DNA of 64,000 nt, taken from contig CM022666.1 in the NCBI GenBank assembly GCA_012295275.1, positions 868,001-932,000 of the forward strand, written 5' to 3'. Under the pieces are notes generated by a model. That model had not been told where the DNA came from. It saw only the letters and a list, made by a program, of their open reading frames with translations, and did no database searches. The position numbers and the translations under genes were made by a program. The DNA is from Chrysomallon squamiferum. Taxonomy: Eukaryota; Animalia; Mollusca. This document shows positions 1 to 12,000 of the stretch, one piece after another; the stretch's first letter is position 1; every line of letters starts with the position of its first letter.

Positions 1-728
1 CAGTATTTACTTCCCATTTATATCATAGTCATGGATTATAACAAAAACTGATTGTGTATCTAAACCAGATAATACATTCAACAGTCAAAGATGTGTTTAG
101 CATGAAATCACAAAAATTCTGAAGTTATCATACAAATCCATATGTTTTAATACTTTCTAATTTAGTGACAGTATGTGGCAATAAATATTGAACAGTATAT
201 GAGTATAGAATTTAAAAACTTTCAAAATGCTTATTTTATCATTATACAGGCATAATTAATTTAAAAATAAAATAAATTCCTGAAATGAACAAGGATTTTT
301 TTTTATGTGTGTGTGTGTATATATATATATAAACATTATACTTTGAAAAATAGTCACGTATTAATTTTATTCGCAGTCTGTGAACGAATAATCAAAATCG
401 TGACAATGAATGTTAGAATCTAGTGTTCGTATTTAATGCAGGGCATTGATAAATAGAATTTGTATTATTTACAAGAGAGACAAAAAGTAAATTTGATAGA
501 CTTTAGACGTATCAGCAACATTAAGGCCGGTAAACTGTTTTTCGAACAATTTGGACTGAGAAAATTGTGTTCTTTCTAACATGCGACGATGACACATGAA
601 TGACACGTGCCGACGTTTAGCCTCTGTATAAACAAATCAAGAATCGTAAGTAACTCTTGTGTCCGTTTCAAAATTACTCAGAATAACAAGATCAACATTT
701 AGTTATCAATATTATCGAACAATGATAC

Positions 729-809
729 CTCTGTTTGTGTTCTTGTAGCATTGTCTGAGCTCATAAGAGCACTTAAAATTGCCTCGAATTGCGCTTGGTT
801 GGCAGCCAT
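729..809 (-). CDS. IPO5: Importin-5 (karyopherin beta-3), first coding exon; gene continues beyond window start
   Basis: Minus-strand ATG at 809 in good context (AACATGG) reads MAANQAQFEAILSALMSSDNATRTQTE, then donor GAG|GTATCA (phase 0). Resembles the importin-5 N-terminus (Q.QF..LL..L.S.DN..R.Q.E). CpG-richer promoter-like sequence at ~830-945. Confidence 0.75.
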
Positions 810-1387
810 GTTGCTGAATATGTACAATGACCTTTGACCTTATATTCCCGCGTGAACTTTTAAAACGTAGAGTACTGTCCCTTCCAAAAGGATGGTCGAA
901 ACTCGGCGCGGTAAACTACGACTAACGAGAAACTTGAACGAGTCAATAAACAAATATTATTATTATTATTATTATCATTATTATTATTATTAATTAGGTA
1001 TATTTATTAATTAAAAAATAATGAGAAGTAAAAGAAACAATAATACAAAAGAAAAAAATTAAACAATAGAGAAACGAAAATAATCGAGTTACCTATGTAA
1101 AAAGTTGATCGTCTCAGGTGTTTCTGCTCACAGTATTGTTACAGTGTACAGATATTAAATAAATAAATAAAACACATATACACATTTGCGATGAAATGGA
1201 ACAGAATCGGCAGTGTAATACTGAGTTTAAAATTTAATGAGAAATATTTGTCGTATCTGCTTACTTCAACTAACATTGTTATTGTTGTTACTATTAAAAC
1301 AAATAAAAAATTCATTTTCATTTCATTGCGCCTAAAATAATAAATAAAAAAAAATAAATAAATAAATAATAGAAGTGTAAATACAGA

Positions 1388-1717
1388 TAATAATAATAAT
1401 TAGTAGTAGTAGTAGTAGTTGTTGTTGTTGTTGTTGTTTTGTTGTTGTTGTTGTAGTAGTAGTAGTTAATAATAATTAGTAGTAGTAGTAGTAGCATTCA
1501 GTATTAACGCTAGAAGATAACATATTAAATATATTAATTTTATTATAACCCCCACAAAAACAAAAACAAACAAACAAAAAAACACCTGAGAAATACATTG
1601 GTTAGGCACGTACAATTCTACATTATCATTCTCAGCATCAGTATTATCTTCATAATCATTATTATTAATCTGTTTTATATGGGGGTTTATTATTATTATC
1701 ATCATCATTATGATCTA

Positions 1718-1772
<55 letters not shown>

Positions 1773-1805
1773 TCTTTCTATATTACTACTACTACTACTA
1801 TTACT
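1388..1805. repeat. Compound trinucleotide microsatellites (TAA/TAG/TTG/TAT/TAC)n
   Basis: Runs directly visible at ~1388-1495 and ~1690-1805. Confidence 0.9.
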
Positions 1806-2232
1806 TCAATCATTAATACAACATCACTTAGTAGAGGTTGTTTAAGGCTCAAAGCAAAATACATATTTCTGCTTAGATAGTAGATCGTTTGCACAATTAT
1901 ACAATGACGATAATTTGCGCAGTCGTTAGAGAAATCAAAAAAGTCAAACATTAAATCAGCTGGTTGCTAATCTATAATCATTTGAATAGTAGTAGTCATG
2001 TCCATTTTGGTCAAAATTGCCAAAACGGTGTGTGCCAAATCTTAGAAACTGCTTAATCGATGTTGCCAAAACCTGAAAAATTGAGTTTTAAGCCCCAGTT
2101 GTCAATAAATAATAATTGACTGCAAAATCAGAAAGGATCATGTTTATTTCCAGTGGATGATTTGACATGGAATGTCCTTAAGCCGCCAAAACAAACTGAA
2201 GACCATAGTCAGTATTATAAAGAATTTTAACA

Positions 2233-2773
2233 TGAAAAAAAAAAAAAAAAGAAAAAAAAAGATTGAGTTTAAAGAATAAAAAGAAAGACGTCACAACGAC
2301 AAAAATGAGACTGAAGAAAAAAAGAGACAGAAATTAAAAAATTAAAAGAACGAAAACCGAAGAATAACTAAAACCCCACCTAATAAAATATGACAAAAAA
2401 AAAAAACGAAGTAATAAGAAGACAGAAAAATAAAACGTTTTAGGAATAATAAGACAGAAATATAAGAAAGAAAATAGAAGAACAAGAAGAAATAAATATA
2501 AGTATTAGAATATTGAAGAACAAAAAGAAAGAAGATAGAAACGTAAAATAAAGGAACACGGAAGAAATCAGAGAATAACAAGAAAGAATTCGAAGAAATA
2601 AAACAAAGGAAAACTGAAAAATAAAAAGAAAGAAGAACAGGAATCAAGAAGTACAAAAGATTAGAAAAGAAAACAAAATAGGAGGAAACGAAAACAAAAA
2701 AGAGAAGAATTAAGAGAGAGAGAGAACAATAAAAAGGTTTGGTATGTTATGTATGCAAGGTTAGGAAGATGAA

Positions 2774-2804
<31 letters not shown>

Positions 2805-2920
2805 TTAAGGAAAAAAATGAAAAAGAAGTATTGAAAAAAAAAAAAGGGGGAAAAATCAGACTGAAGAATAAAAAAAAAAAAAAAAAAAGAAAAAGAAAAG
2901 AAGAAAGAAATAAAAAATGT
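2233..2920. repeat. Long purine-rich (A/AG) low-complexity tract
   Basis: ~690 nt almost entirely A/G on the + strand (AAAGAA, AAGAAA and poly-A runs); source of spurious Phe-rich and Lys-rich ORFs. Confidence 0.8.
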
Positions 2921-3362
2921 AACGAAATTTTCTCCCATTCTTTCTCATATTTTGTAAATCAAGTTCAGAGATTTGAAAATTTGATTGAACAAGCTGTCAC
3001 GCCAACCAGCAATGTTTCTAGAGAAAATCAAGATGTAAAAAAGCTGATTTCAAGACAGAAAAACTAAATACGTAGGCGAGAAATGAAACGAAATTAAAAA
3101 AAAAAAAAGTATGTCGAACTGATCAGCGAAACCGGAGGCGAATTATTAACGCCATGCAGACAAACATAAAACAATAAATTTAATTATTTTGCTTTATGAA
3201 AAGAAGTGAAGAGACTTTATGGTATATGCAATTATCACTGATTGAAAACGAAGCGGGAGCTGGCCTAGTCAGAAAATAAAATTACAGTTAATAGAAAACC
3301 CTGAAACACTGGCAGTCTAAAATGGTTTCTGAAAAGGATTTCTCACCTGTATCTGCAGGAGA

Positions 3363-3363
<1 letters not shown>

Positions 3364-3419
<56 letters not shown>

Positions 3420-3870
3420 TTTAGCTGTATAATGTATACGTGTATGTCTATGTATATGTACCTATTTTTATGTACTTTTTTGTGTGTACGTGTGTTTATT
3501 TATTTAGTTAGTTAGTTGTCTCTGTTTTTTTGTCTATATATCTGTACGTTTGTGTTTGGTTAGACATGTATGTGTATGTAGTTTTCTTTATCTGTGTGTG
3601 TGCATATGCTTAAACAAATTTCTCTTTTGTTTGTGTATACGTCTCTGTGCGTTTGTAAATATATGTGTTTCGTTCTTGTTATTGTTTGTTTTTGGTTTAT
3701 GAACATACGTGCGTATATGCATCCGTAAGTACTTATATGTATGTACCTTTGTATATGTGTCTGGTTTGTGTATATATATATATATTTCAGCAGGAGTGTA
3801 TGGTGTGTGTTTCCTGGTGTATAACTGTTTTTTCCTTCTTTGTGTATGTACGTGTTTCTATGTGTAAAAG

Positions 3871-3944
<74 letters not shown>

Positions 3945-3945
3945 C
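3364..3945. repeat. (TG)n, TG/TA-rich low complexity, (CT)n and (TA)n microsatellites
   Basis: (TG)n 3364-3418; (CT)n ~3875-3928 followed by (TA)n. Confidence 0.9.
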
Positions 3946-5689
3946 ACACGTCTATTTGTAGTTGTACAGACGTTTTGTTTAGGAACGTGCATTTATATCC
4001 GCCGTTTATTCAATATATGTATGTAGGGACGCATGGGTATGTATATGTGTGTTTGTCTTTAATTATATACACACATAAACATGTAAAAGTACAAAGATAA
4101 ATATATATATTCAACATAGGACGCTCTATAAGTCGGTTAGGCCATTTCCTGTTGTGTTGCTATGGTGTGTGAAATAGGAATCTCAGCTTCCGTCGTTGTT
4201 TCTACATTCCGCGTTACTAGATCGCTCTCAAGAGTAATTTCTCTGCTCTCTGATTTGTATTGATTTCCGCAACCAATAATTTACAGAAAATATTGAATTT
4301 GTCTAATTTTTCAGAATGTTCCATTGTTGAAGAAACAATATGTGTATATATGTGTATGTGTGTGTGTGTGTGTTGTTATTATATTATTATGTAAATTACA
4401 AAAATAGTGCTAAATGTCATGGTTTCTTATAATTTCATTTATTTATTATTACTTTTTAAAAATAATTAATTCGGATAATTTCGTTTGGAAATTTCGTATG
4501 CCATAATGAACAAAATTATTTATTTGTATATTTATTTATTTACTTACTTATAAAATACCCAAAAAGCTTTCCAGTTAGGGTTATATAGTGTTTTGTGTAT
4601 GCATGTGTGTTGTAACATCATTTTTTTTCTCAGTTATAGACAGTAGCAACATAAATATTTAACTTTCTTTGTGCGTGTGTGTATGTAACTAAGTGTGTGT
4701 GAGTGTGTGTGTCTGTGTGAGTGAATTTTGTAAATTTCTATTGAAATTAATTTTGAAAGTTAACCTTCTTTTCAAAAATCCTTCATTTGCCACTGACCTC
4801 AACACCACACAGCTGCTAGTACAGAATTCATATTTGAAAATAAAGAATTAGGAGCTATCAATTTTAAAATCAGGAAACAAGAAATATTTCAATATTTTAT
4901 TGGTATTTTTAAATATGACATATTCTGTTTTCCTTCAGTGGTTGTATCTCTGAAACAGAAGTTTTATACAATTTAAAAATAAAATAAAATACAATAACAA
5001 AAAAGGAAGCAATAATGTTAATAAAATAATAAAAAATAAAGAAAATTCTTTATTAATTTTGTAATTTTGTTTTTATTACACATTAATGTGTTAGAAGATG
5101 ATATACACAGATTTTTTTACATTTACAATATACATTGTCATTAGATGTCTTAAGACCGTGAATTTATAATTTATATCGCAGTGTTTCAGTATAATAATAA
5201 CTCATTTTATATTTTTCTTTGTGAATATTCTATTTTTCCTCTTCTGTCTTTTACAGCACTTTTCTACAGCTTATTAGATTTTAGGATCCATCAAGTGTGG
5301 AATAAGGATTTTTTTTTTTTTCTAGTTTTTCATTGTACAGCAAAACCCCAATAATCAACATTAAATCAGCATAAACATAAAAAACATGTTGAAATTCTGT
5401 TCTCTAATTTTTATCACTTGTATTTGAATTTCATAAACAGCTGAGACACTATTAACTTCATCATTACTGTGTTTTGAAAATTTGATAAAATATTTCCTGT
5501 CTTAATGTGTTGTTTATGAAAGAGTAAAGACAACATTCATCACAGCACAAAAATGTTATTTAAATTTTCTGATAATGTAATGGTGCCATGTAGGTAATTC
5601 AGATATACAAACTAATGTGTAATTGAAATACAAATAAGTATGTACATGTATTATTGCCCTTTAGCAGAATTTTTCATTTTATCTTTCTC

Positions 5690-5900
5690 TCCCAGAACTA
5701 GCTTAATTGTTAGAGTACCAGCCTCCAGAATCAGTCATCCGTGTCCATTCAAGCTGTTATCACTCTAAGGTTGTGGTAAGTGCTGTCTAGTTCATGGCAA
5801 GGTGCGTGTAATAGATTCCTTGATGCTAATGAAAAAACATTTCAGTTTCTTCTTAAAGTCTTATGTTAGAAATATTAAATGATTGATATTTAGTGGAAAA
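5690..5900 (+). mobile_element. Possible degenerate SINE-like interspersed repeat
   Basis: Higher-complexity island (...GGTTGTGGTAAGTGCTGTCTAG...GTGCGTGTAATAGATTCCTTGATGCTAATGAAAAAA...) resembling, from memory, a gastropod SINE body; weakly similar pieces near 47345 and 57350-57425. Not verified by search. Confidence 0.25.
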
Positions 5901-6744
5901 GGACAAAAAATAATGGATATATTGCACAGAGGTGTCATTAAAGAACATAATTATATATATATATTATTATTATTTTTAATTACCTACTCAACACAAATCA
6001 ACATTTTTCAAGTGTATTTATTTTTATTTTCCATATCATTTTTAAAGTTATTTTATTACCACTTTTATTTTATTTTATATTTTATTTCACAAATTCAAAG
6101 TAGCTTCTGAATCATGAAACCTGTAAACCTTTTTTTATTTAAATACTGAAAAAACAACCATAACAAAAACAATATCCCCAAAAATGTAACCAAACAACAG
6201 GTTTTCAAAATAAAATAGTATTATTGTAAAACCTCTGAAAATGACCTTCAATGACCATTATTAGCAAATTACTGTCTCATTATTTATACAACCAAGTTCA
6301 AGTCCTTCTGAAATATGTACATAAGTGTTACATTTAATTATTAGTATAGTTATTATTACTATTTTTTTGCTTGATTGATAACAAATATTTTTTTTAAATT
6401 AACAATTATTTTTGATCTAATACTTAAAACATTAAAAACACTATTATTAAATTAAATGTAGTTAATATTATTTTGATTTAACATAAAATAAAATTATGCT
6501 AATGTCAGATTAATATCAGTGTAAATATATTAAAGCAATTGTGTTACATTTAAGTTTTGCATTATGACAATATCAATACACATTTAATAATCTCACAAAA
6601 TACATTGCATTATAACCGCATACATTAATGCAAATGCTTCAAACAAAACAGTCTTTCATTTGCATGAATCTAAAATTCAGCTCATCAAATTTAAAGAATT
6701 TCATAACCTTTAAAAATTCAAAAAAAAATAAAAAAATAAAAATG

Positions 6745-6960
6745 GAGCCTTTATTTGAAGTAACTAATCTCTCTGAAGCAGTTGTTTGAACTAACCACTC
6801 TATATGAAACTTTTATGAAATAACTGACTACATGAAGCAGTTCAATGATATATAACTGACAATCTGAAGCAGTTTACTGAAATAATCAGCAAGTCTAAAA
6901 CTTTTCTTTGAAATATATGACTGTCCAAAGCATTTCTTTAAAATACTGAGTCTACCACTG
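6745..6960. repeat. Degenerate ~30-bp tandem repeat (~7 units) in the 3' UTR of the distal Rab6 terminal exon
   Basis: Recurrent TGAAATAACTGAC..TGAAGCAGTT-like units. Confidence 0.55.
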
Positions 6961-7237
6961 TCCAAGAACAAAACCTATTTCATAGGCAAGCATGACGTCA
7001 TATGATTAAGCAAAATAATGTCATCTATGGTTCACAAAAAGAAATCTGATTTCCCTTTCGGCAGACATAGCTTGTGACCTTGACCTGTGTAGACAACACG
7101 TAGTTTATGAAGACAGAAAAGCAACAGTTTGTTTTTTGTGAGGGAGTTTCTGATGTCTGTCACAGCGAAGCAAGGAAACAAGCAGTGAAGAATATTGACA
7201 GTTTTCTGATGAATGTTTGTATTCCAGTCATCTTCAG

Positions 7238-7305
7238 CTAGCAGGAACAGCCAGCCTCTTGGTCCGAAACATCTATTGATGGTCGTTTGGGTAAAAGTTC
7301 TATAT
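7238..7305 (-). CDS. RAB6: Rab6 alternative (distal) terminal exon 8b, encoding (N)IELLPKRPSIDVSDQEAGCSC*
   Basis: 68 nt, same length and phase as exon 8a; ends in the Rab CXC prenylation motif then TAG; preceded by U12 branch sequence TTCCTTAAT (7316-7324) and CCAAG acceptor. Confidence 0.8.
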
Positions 7306-8319
7306 CTTGGAGAAGATTAAGGAAAGACAACAAACAAAGAATAGAAAGTAAACTTGAATAATAATAACCTCTATGGTGATGTTTTAGAATATAAATTTAA
7401 AGAATCAGTGAAAATAATAAGAAAAATTGAATTATTATTAAATAAAATAAATAAATAAAAATAAATATATGTAATAACCTTCAAGCTTACATAAATCATG
7501 AATTAAATTAAATTCCACAGAAAAAAGGATGCATTATAATGTAACAAAAACTACAATGTGTTCAGAAGAAAGAAAGGCAATCTCACAACATAAACATGCA
7601 CAGAGATAATTGTAATTAATAAGCACTACCCTTGAAAATTAAAATAGTTACAAATTCATTATCTTTCCAGACATTTAAGAAAAGAAAAGTCAACCTGCCT
7701 TGATCACAGGTTTGATTTTTTTTTTTTTTTTTAACTATCAGTATACTAAATTGTATTCATATTCTACAAGATATGTCTATTAATGAAGTGGTTTGAGAAG
7801 ACAAGAAAACCAGACAAAAAGAAATCCACAAATAGTCATATTCTTGCAATAAGGAAATTGTTTGCAATTTATCACTTGCCTTCGTCATCCAGGGCCTATG
7901 ATCTTGTAGTTACCATCTTCTTAAAATCTGAACTTGTGTTCTTTTAACTGTCCATTGTTTCTTCTGACCAACATCTTGTTTGTTCTTCTGCACTGCTGTG
8001 GTACTCAGTGAAAGAGTAAGACTTCATAAACCCAGCTAAATGTTGACTGTAGTGTAATTTTCAGAAGTTCCAGATTGTGCAGTTATTTTTGTTTTTAATG
8101 AAATTTTCTTTTTACGACGAAAATTATGTTATCAATGGAAAAGTGAATATCTTGGTTTAATAAAAACTGTTTTAATTTTCTTTGGCTAAAACCAATAACA
8201 TCTTCACTACAATATCAACTGAATAATTTCAGTTATTTTTAGTTTCAGTTTCTAATGGAAAAAAAAATAAATAAAAAATAAGACTGATAAAACCATTTAA
8301 GATTCTTTCATGCTAATTT

Positions 8320-9090
8320 TTCATAAACTAAAAGACAAATGCAAATAAGTTTATAATTTTTCACAATCTAAATGATGAATGGAAATAATTATATAATTTT
8401 TTCATAATCTAAATGATGAATACAAAGTTATATAATTATTCATAATCTAAATGATGAATGCCAATAATTTAGTTATTTTTCATAATCTAAATGATGAATG
8501 CCAATAGTTATATCATTTTTCATAATCTAAATGAATGTAAATAATTTTATAATTTTTCATAATATAAATGATGAATGTAAATAATTATATCATTTTTCAT
8601 AATCTAAATAATGAATGTAAATAATTTTAGTTTCATAATTTAAATGATGAATGTAAATAATTTTTAAATTTTTCTTTAACTAAATGATGAATGTAAATAA
8701 TTTTATGTTTCACAATTTCATATAATTTTTCATAATCTAAATGAATGTAAATACACTTTATAATCTTTCAGAATCTAAATGATGAATGTAAATCATTTTA
8801 TAATCTTTCCTAATCTAAATGATAAATGTAAATAATTTTACAATTTTTCATAATCTAAATGATGAATGCAAATTTTATTTTTCTTAATCTAAATGATGAA
8901 TGCAAATTTTATTTTTCTTAATCTAAATGATGAATGCCAATAATTATATAATTTTTCATAATCTAAATGATGAATGCAAATTTTATTTTTCTTAATCTAA
9001 ATGATGAATGCAAATAATTATATAATTTTTCATAATCTAAATGCTGAATGTTAAAATATTTTCATAATCTTTCAAAATCTGAATGAAAAA
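8320..9090. repeat. AT-rich minisatellite, ~40-bp unit (TTTTTCATAATCTAAATGATGAATGYAAATAATTATATAA), roughly 19 copies
   Basis: Directly visible tandem units with shorter length variants; lies between the two Rab6 terminal exons. Confidence 0.9.
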
Positions 9091-12000
9091 TCAAGTACAA
9101 GGCAGACTCTACGTGTGTAATTGATATTTATTTCATATAAAAGTTAAATACATGATGTGATAATCATACCATAACCTTACAGCACAGACCAAAATCACCT
9201 GCAGTGTGCAAACTAAACAAAAGTGGCTTGTTTTTCAACATAACAACATTCATCTGCACAGAACAAGAAGTCAGCTGACTCAACAACACAACAGTGTAAA
9301 TTCTATCAACAATACAGAATCATACTGCAGTACAGGGCACAAACATTTAAACATTTCTTTGTTGTTGTTTTGTTTTTGTTTTTGTTCAGTGTGTATCCAA
9401 ATCTACAAATTCATAAATATTATGAAGACAAATGGGTCTAAAAAAAATTAAAAGGATAAATTTAAGCTTGTGATTAGATAGTTACAACAATAAAATGTAA
9501 CCGACCTTTTTTTAAGAAAAAATGTTATTTGCTACTTAACTTTTCAAATTCAATACATTAATTCAAGCACTGAAAGTACTTGAAAAATGTTGATTTGACT
9601 TGATTATCTGAGAACTTTTGGTTAAATTTCAGTCAATTTTTGCTTCCTATTTTTCATTTCAAAATCTAGGTTCTCAATATATATAAAAAAAAAAATAATA
9701 ATAATAACTCTCATCCCTGATAAATTTCTCAATAATGGTACTTTAATCATCATCATTATACAGTATAGAAAAATATAAAATAAATAAATTTGAATATCAT
9801 AAAGGTTTAACTAATTTTTTTAAACTAAAATGTCTGATCAAACTATATGCTGAACTATGGTTCTCCTAATACCATTAATTGTATTAGCCATAATTTTTTT
9901 TTATTGTTCATAATATTTAGCCAGAGATCAATTTACAAGATCTCCTTGAATTAAAGTCTGATGGAATTTCCTGCCCTGTATCTACAAAAACGATTCTGTG
10001 TTATTACCTGATTTTAAAATGACAATGTGAAATGATTATCTCATACTTTCAGCTTGGATATGTAGAACATGCTTTTAAATACATTTTCATCTTACATATT
10101 TTACAACAAAGCATCTAACTTTATTCATCAAGCATTACATGGTGAACATTTGGTACTCTTAATTAAAATTATTTATGTCAACTACTAAAAGCTGAAACAA
10201 AAAAATATATATATAAAGAGAAGAAAAAAACAACCTTAAAAATCTCCCAATTTTTTTCAAAAAATATTTGAAAAATAACTTGCAATTCTATTGTGAAACA
10301 AATTACGAAAAATAAAATTTCTGATTAATTTTGAAACATTTCTAATATATATATATGCACATATCAATAACAAGAATGGCTTTGGTACTAGGTACAAATA
10401 TTAGACAATAATTTCCTCTATATATTAATTTTTGTTTTAATAACTTTTTATCACCAAGTCACAGAAATAAATAAGGCATTGTCACACAGTTACAATACTG
10501 CATAAGATGTTTTTTGTTTGTTTAGTTTTGCATGCCAGTACATTATCAGCTTAACACAGTATTTATGTACAGAACAAACAAAATGAATAGTTAACTGCAC
10601 AGGTTGATGGTTTATATATTCATATTTCCTGTGACTAATCATATTTAGTTGTCCACAGACAAAGAATAGAGTAAATAATGACATTTTTTGTTTTAACTTT
10701 TGGTGCCACAAATGAATTAGATTTTTCTTTATTCTATTTCAATGCTATTATATAATTAATTAATTAATTAATTAATATATTAATATGTGTGTTTATGTTT
10801 ATATATGTATGTATGTATGTATATGTGTATACATGTTCATGTACATAATAAATTAGTCATTTGCTTATATTAATGTTCTATTTTCTATATTCTGGGGAAT
10901 TCTTTGATTTGATTGAAAATTTGGCACTTTGATTTTTCTCACCTCTTTACTTGCATTTCTGTAAACCTGATTTAAATATATACCTTAAATCAACAGAAAT
11001 TACAGTTAGAATCCAGGAGATGTCAAGATTATACAACAAAAATGCTAAACTGTAGGGTCAAGAAACATTTATTTCCCACAATCTAGTTACAAATTTGTAC
11101 ATCTCTTCAGTATAATTTCACCAAAAGCTTTTAAACATTGTTTCTCCACCCCCTGTGGAATTCATATGACATATGTTAAATTAAGTTCATTAATGCCAAA
11201 ATGAAAGACACTAGAAATAAATAATGTTACAGATAAACACCCAATTCTTTTTAATGTAGCAATAATCACCAACTATTTAACATTTGTGTATATTACATAA
11301 TAAAGTCCACTCTAATTTTAGTGTTTTAAAGATTCAACAGTTAGGAAACACAGTTTTGAAACTGCTTGCCCACATAAAGAGGTGATGCCCAAACAGAAAA
11401 TGAATAGCTTTGATCCAGTGTTATGTTTTATTTAGAAAGAATGAAAACGGTCAGGTTACAAACAGAATAATGATATGCTATATACAAAATTTTCTATTTT
11501 CAAAATGCAAATCTAAAATTACAGTGCTACGTCTGAAGCACAGTGATTTTTTGTTCACAAAATGATACAAGCATTCTTTGTACATACCATTACAGGTAAC
11601 AATAATTTCAAATGTATTTTTCAGGAACTTAATCACACAACAAAACAGTTCACCCAATGGCACCACAAGAATTTAATTGCATATTTCAAGATCAGAAACA
11701 GAAATCAATTGTAAAATATTTTTGATGAAAATAACAGAACATTTACAAAAGTGGTTTTTATGGTGGCTTCATAAAAAAATTATTAACTGCAACATAAAAA
11801 ATGAAATTTTTGCATATTTATATATTTTAAATTTCTTTTTTTCTTTTCTTTTTTAGCATTTAATGGTTTCAAATTACATAAGCGCCAACAGATAGCATTA
11901 GAAACTATTAATTCAATTAACTATTTAAAAAAATAAATAATATAAAAGCATCAATTATTACATATACATATTATTAAATTAATAAATAACCACACACCAA

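Noticed and set aside
1139-4100. Poly-Tyr, Phe-rich, Lys-rich, ER- and SL-repeat ORFs in the ORF track
   Set aside because: Translations of microsatellites and the purine tract; no domain or splice support.
7160-7240. Readthrough of Rab6 exon 8b UAG-C adding a 25-aa hydrophobic tail
   Set aside because: No convincing stimulatory structure; U-rich UTRs often give hydrophobic frames; it would displace the CXC motif from the C-terminus.
7880-8046. Possible minus-strand cassette exon (CTACAG acceptor, AAG|GCAAGT donor) upstream of exon 8b
   Set aside because: No U12 branch site to pair with the U12 donor, stop codons present, no recognisable peptide.
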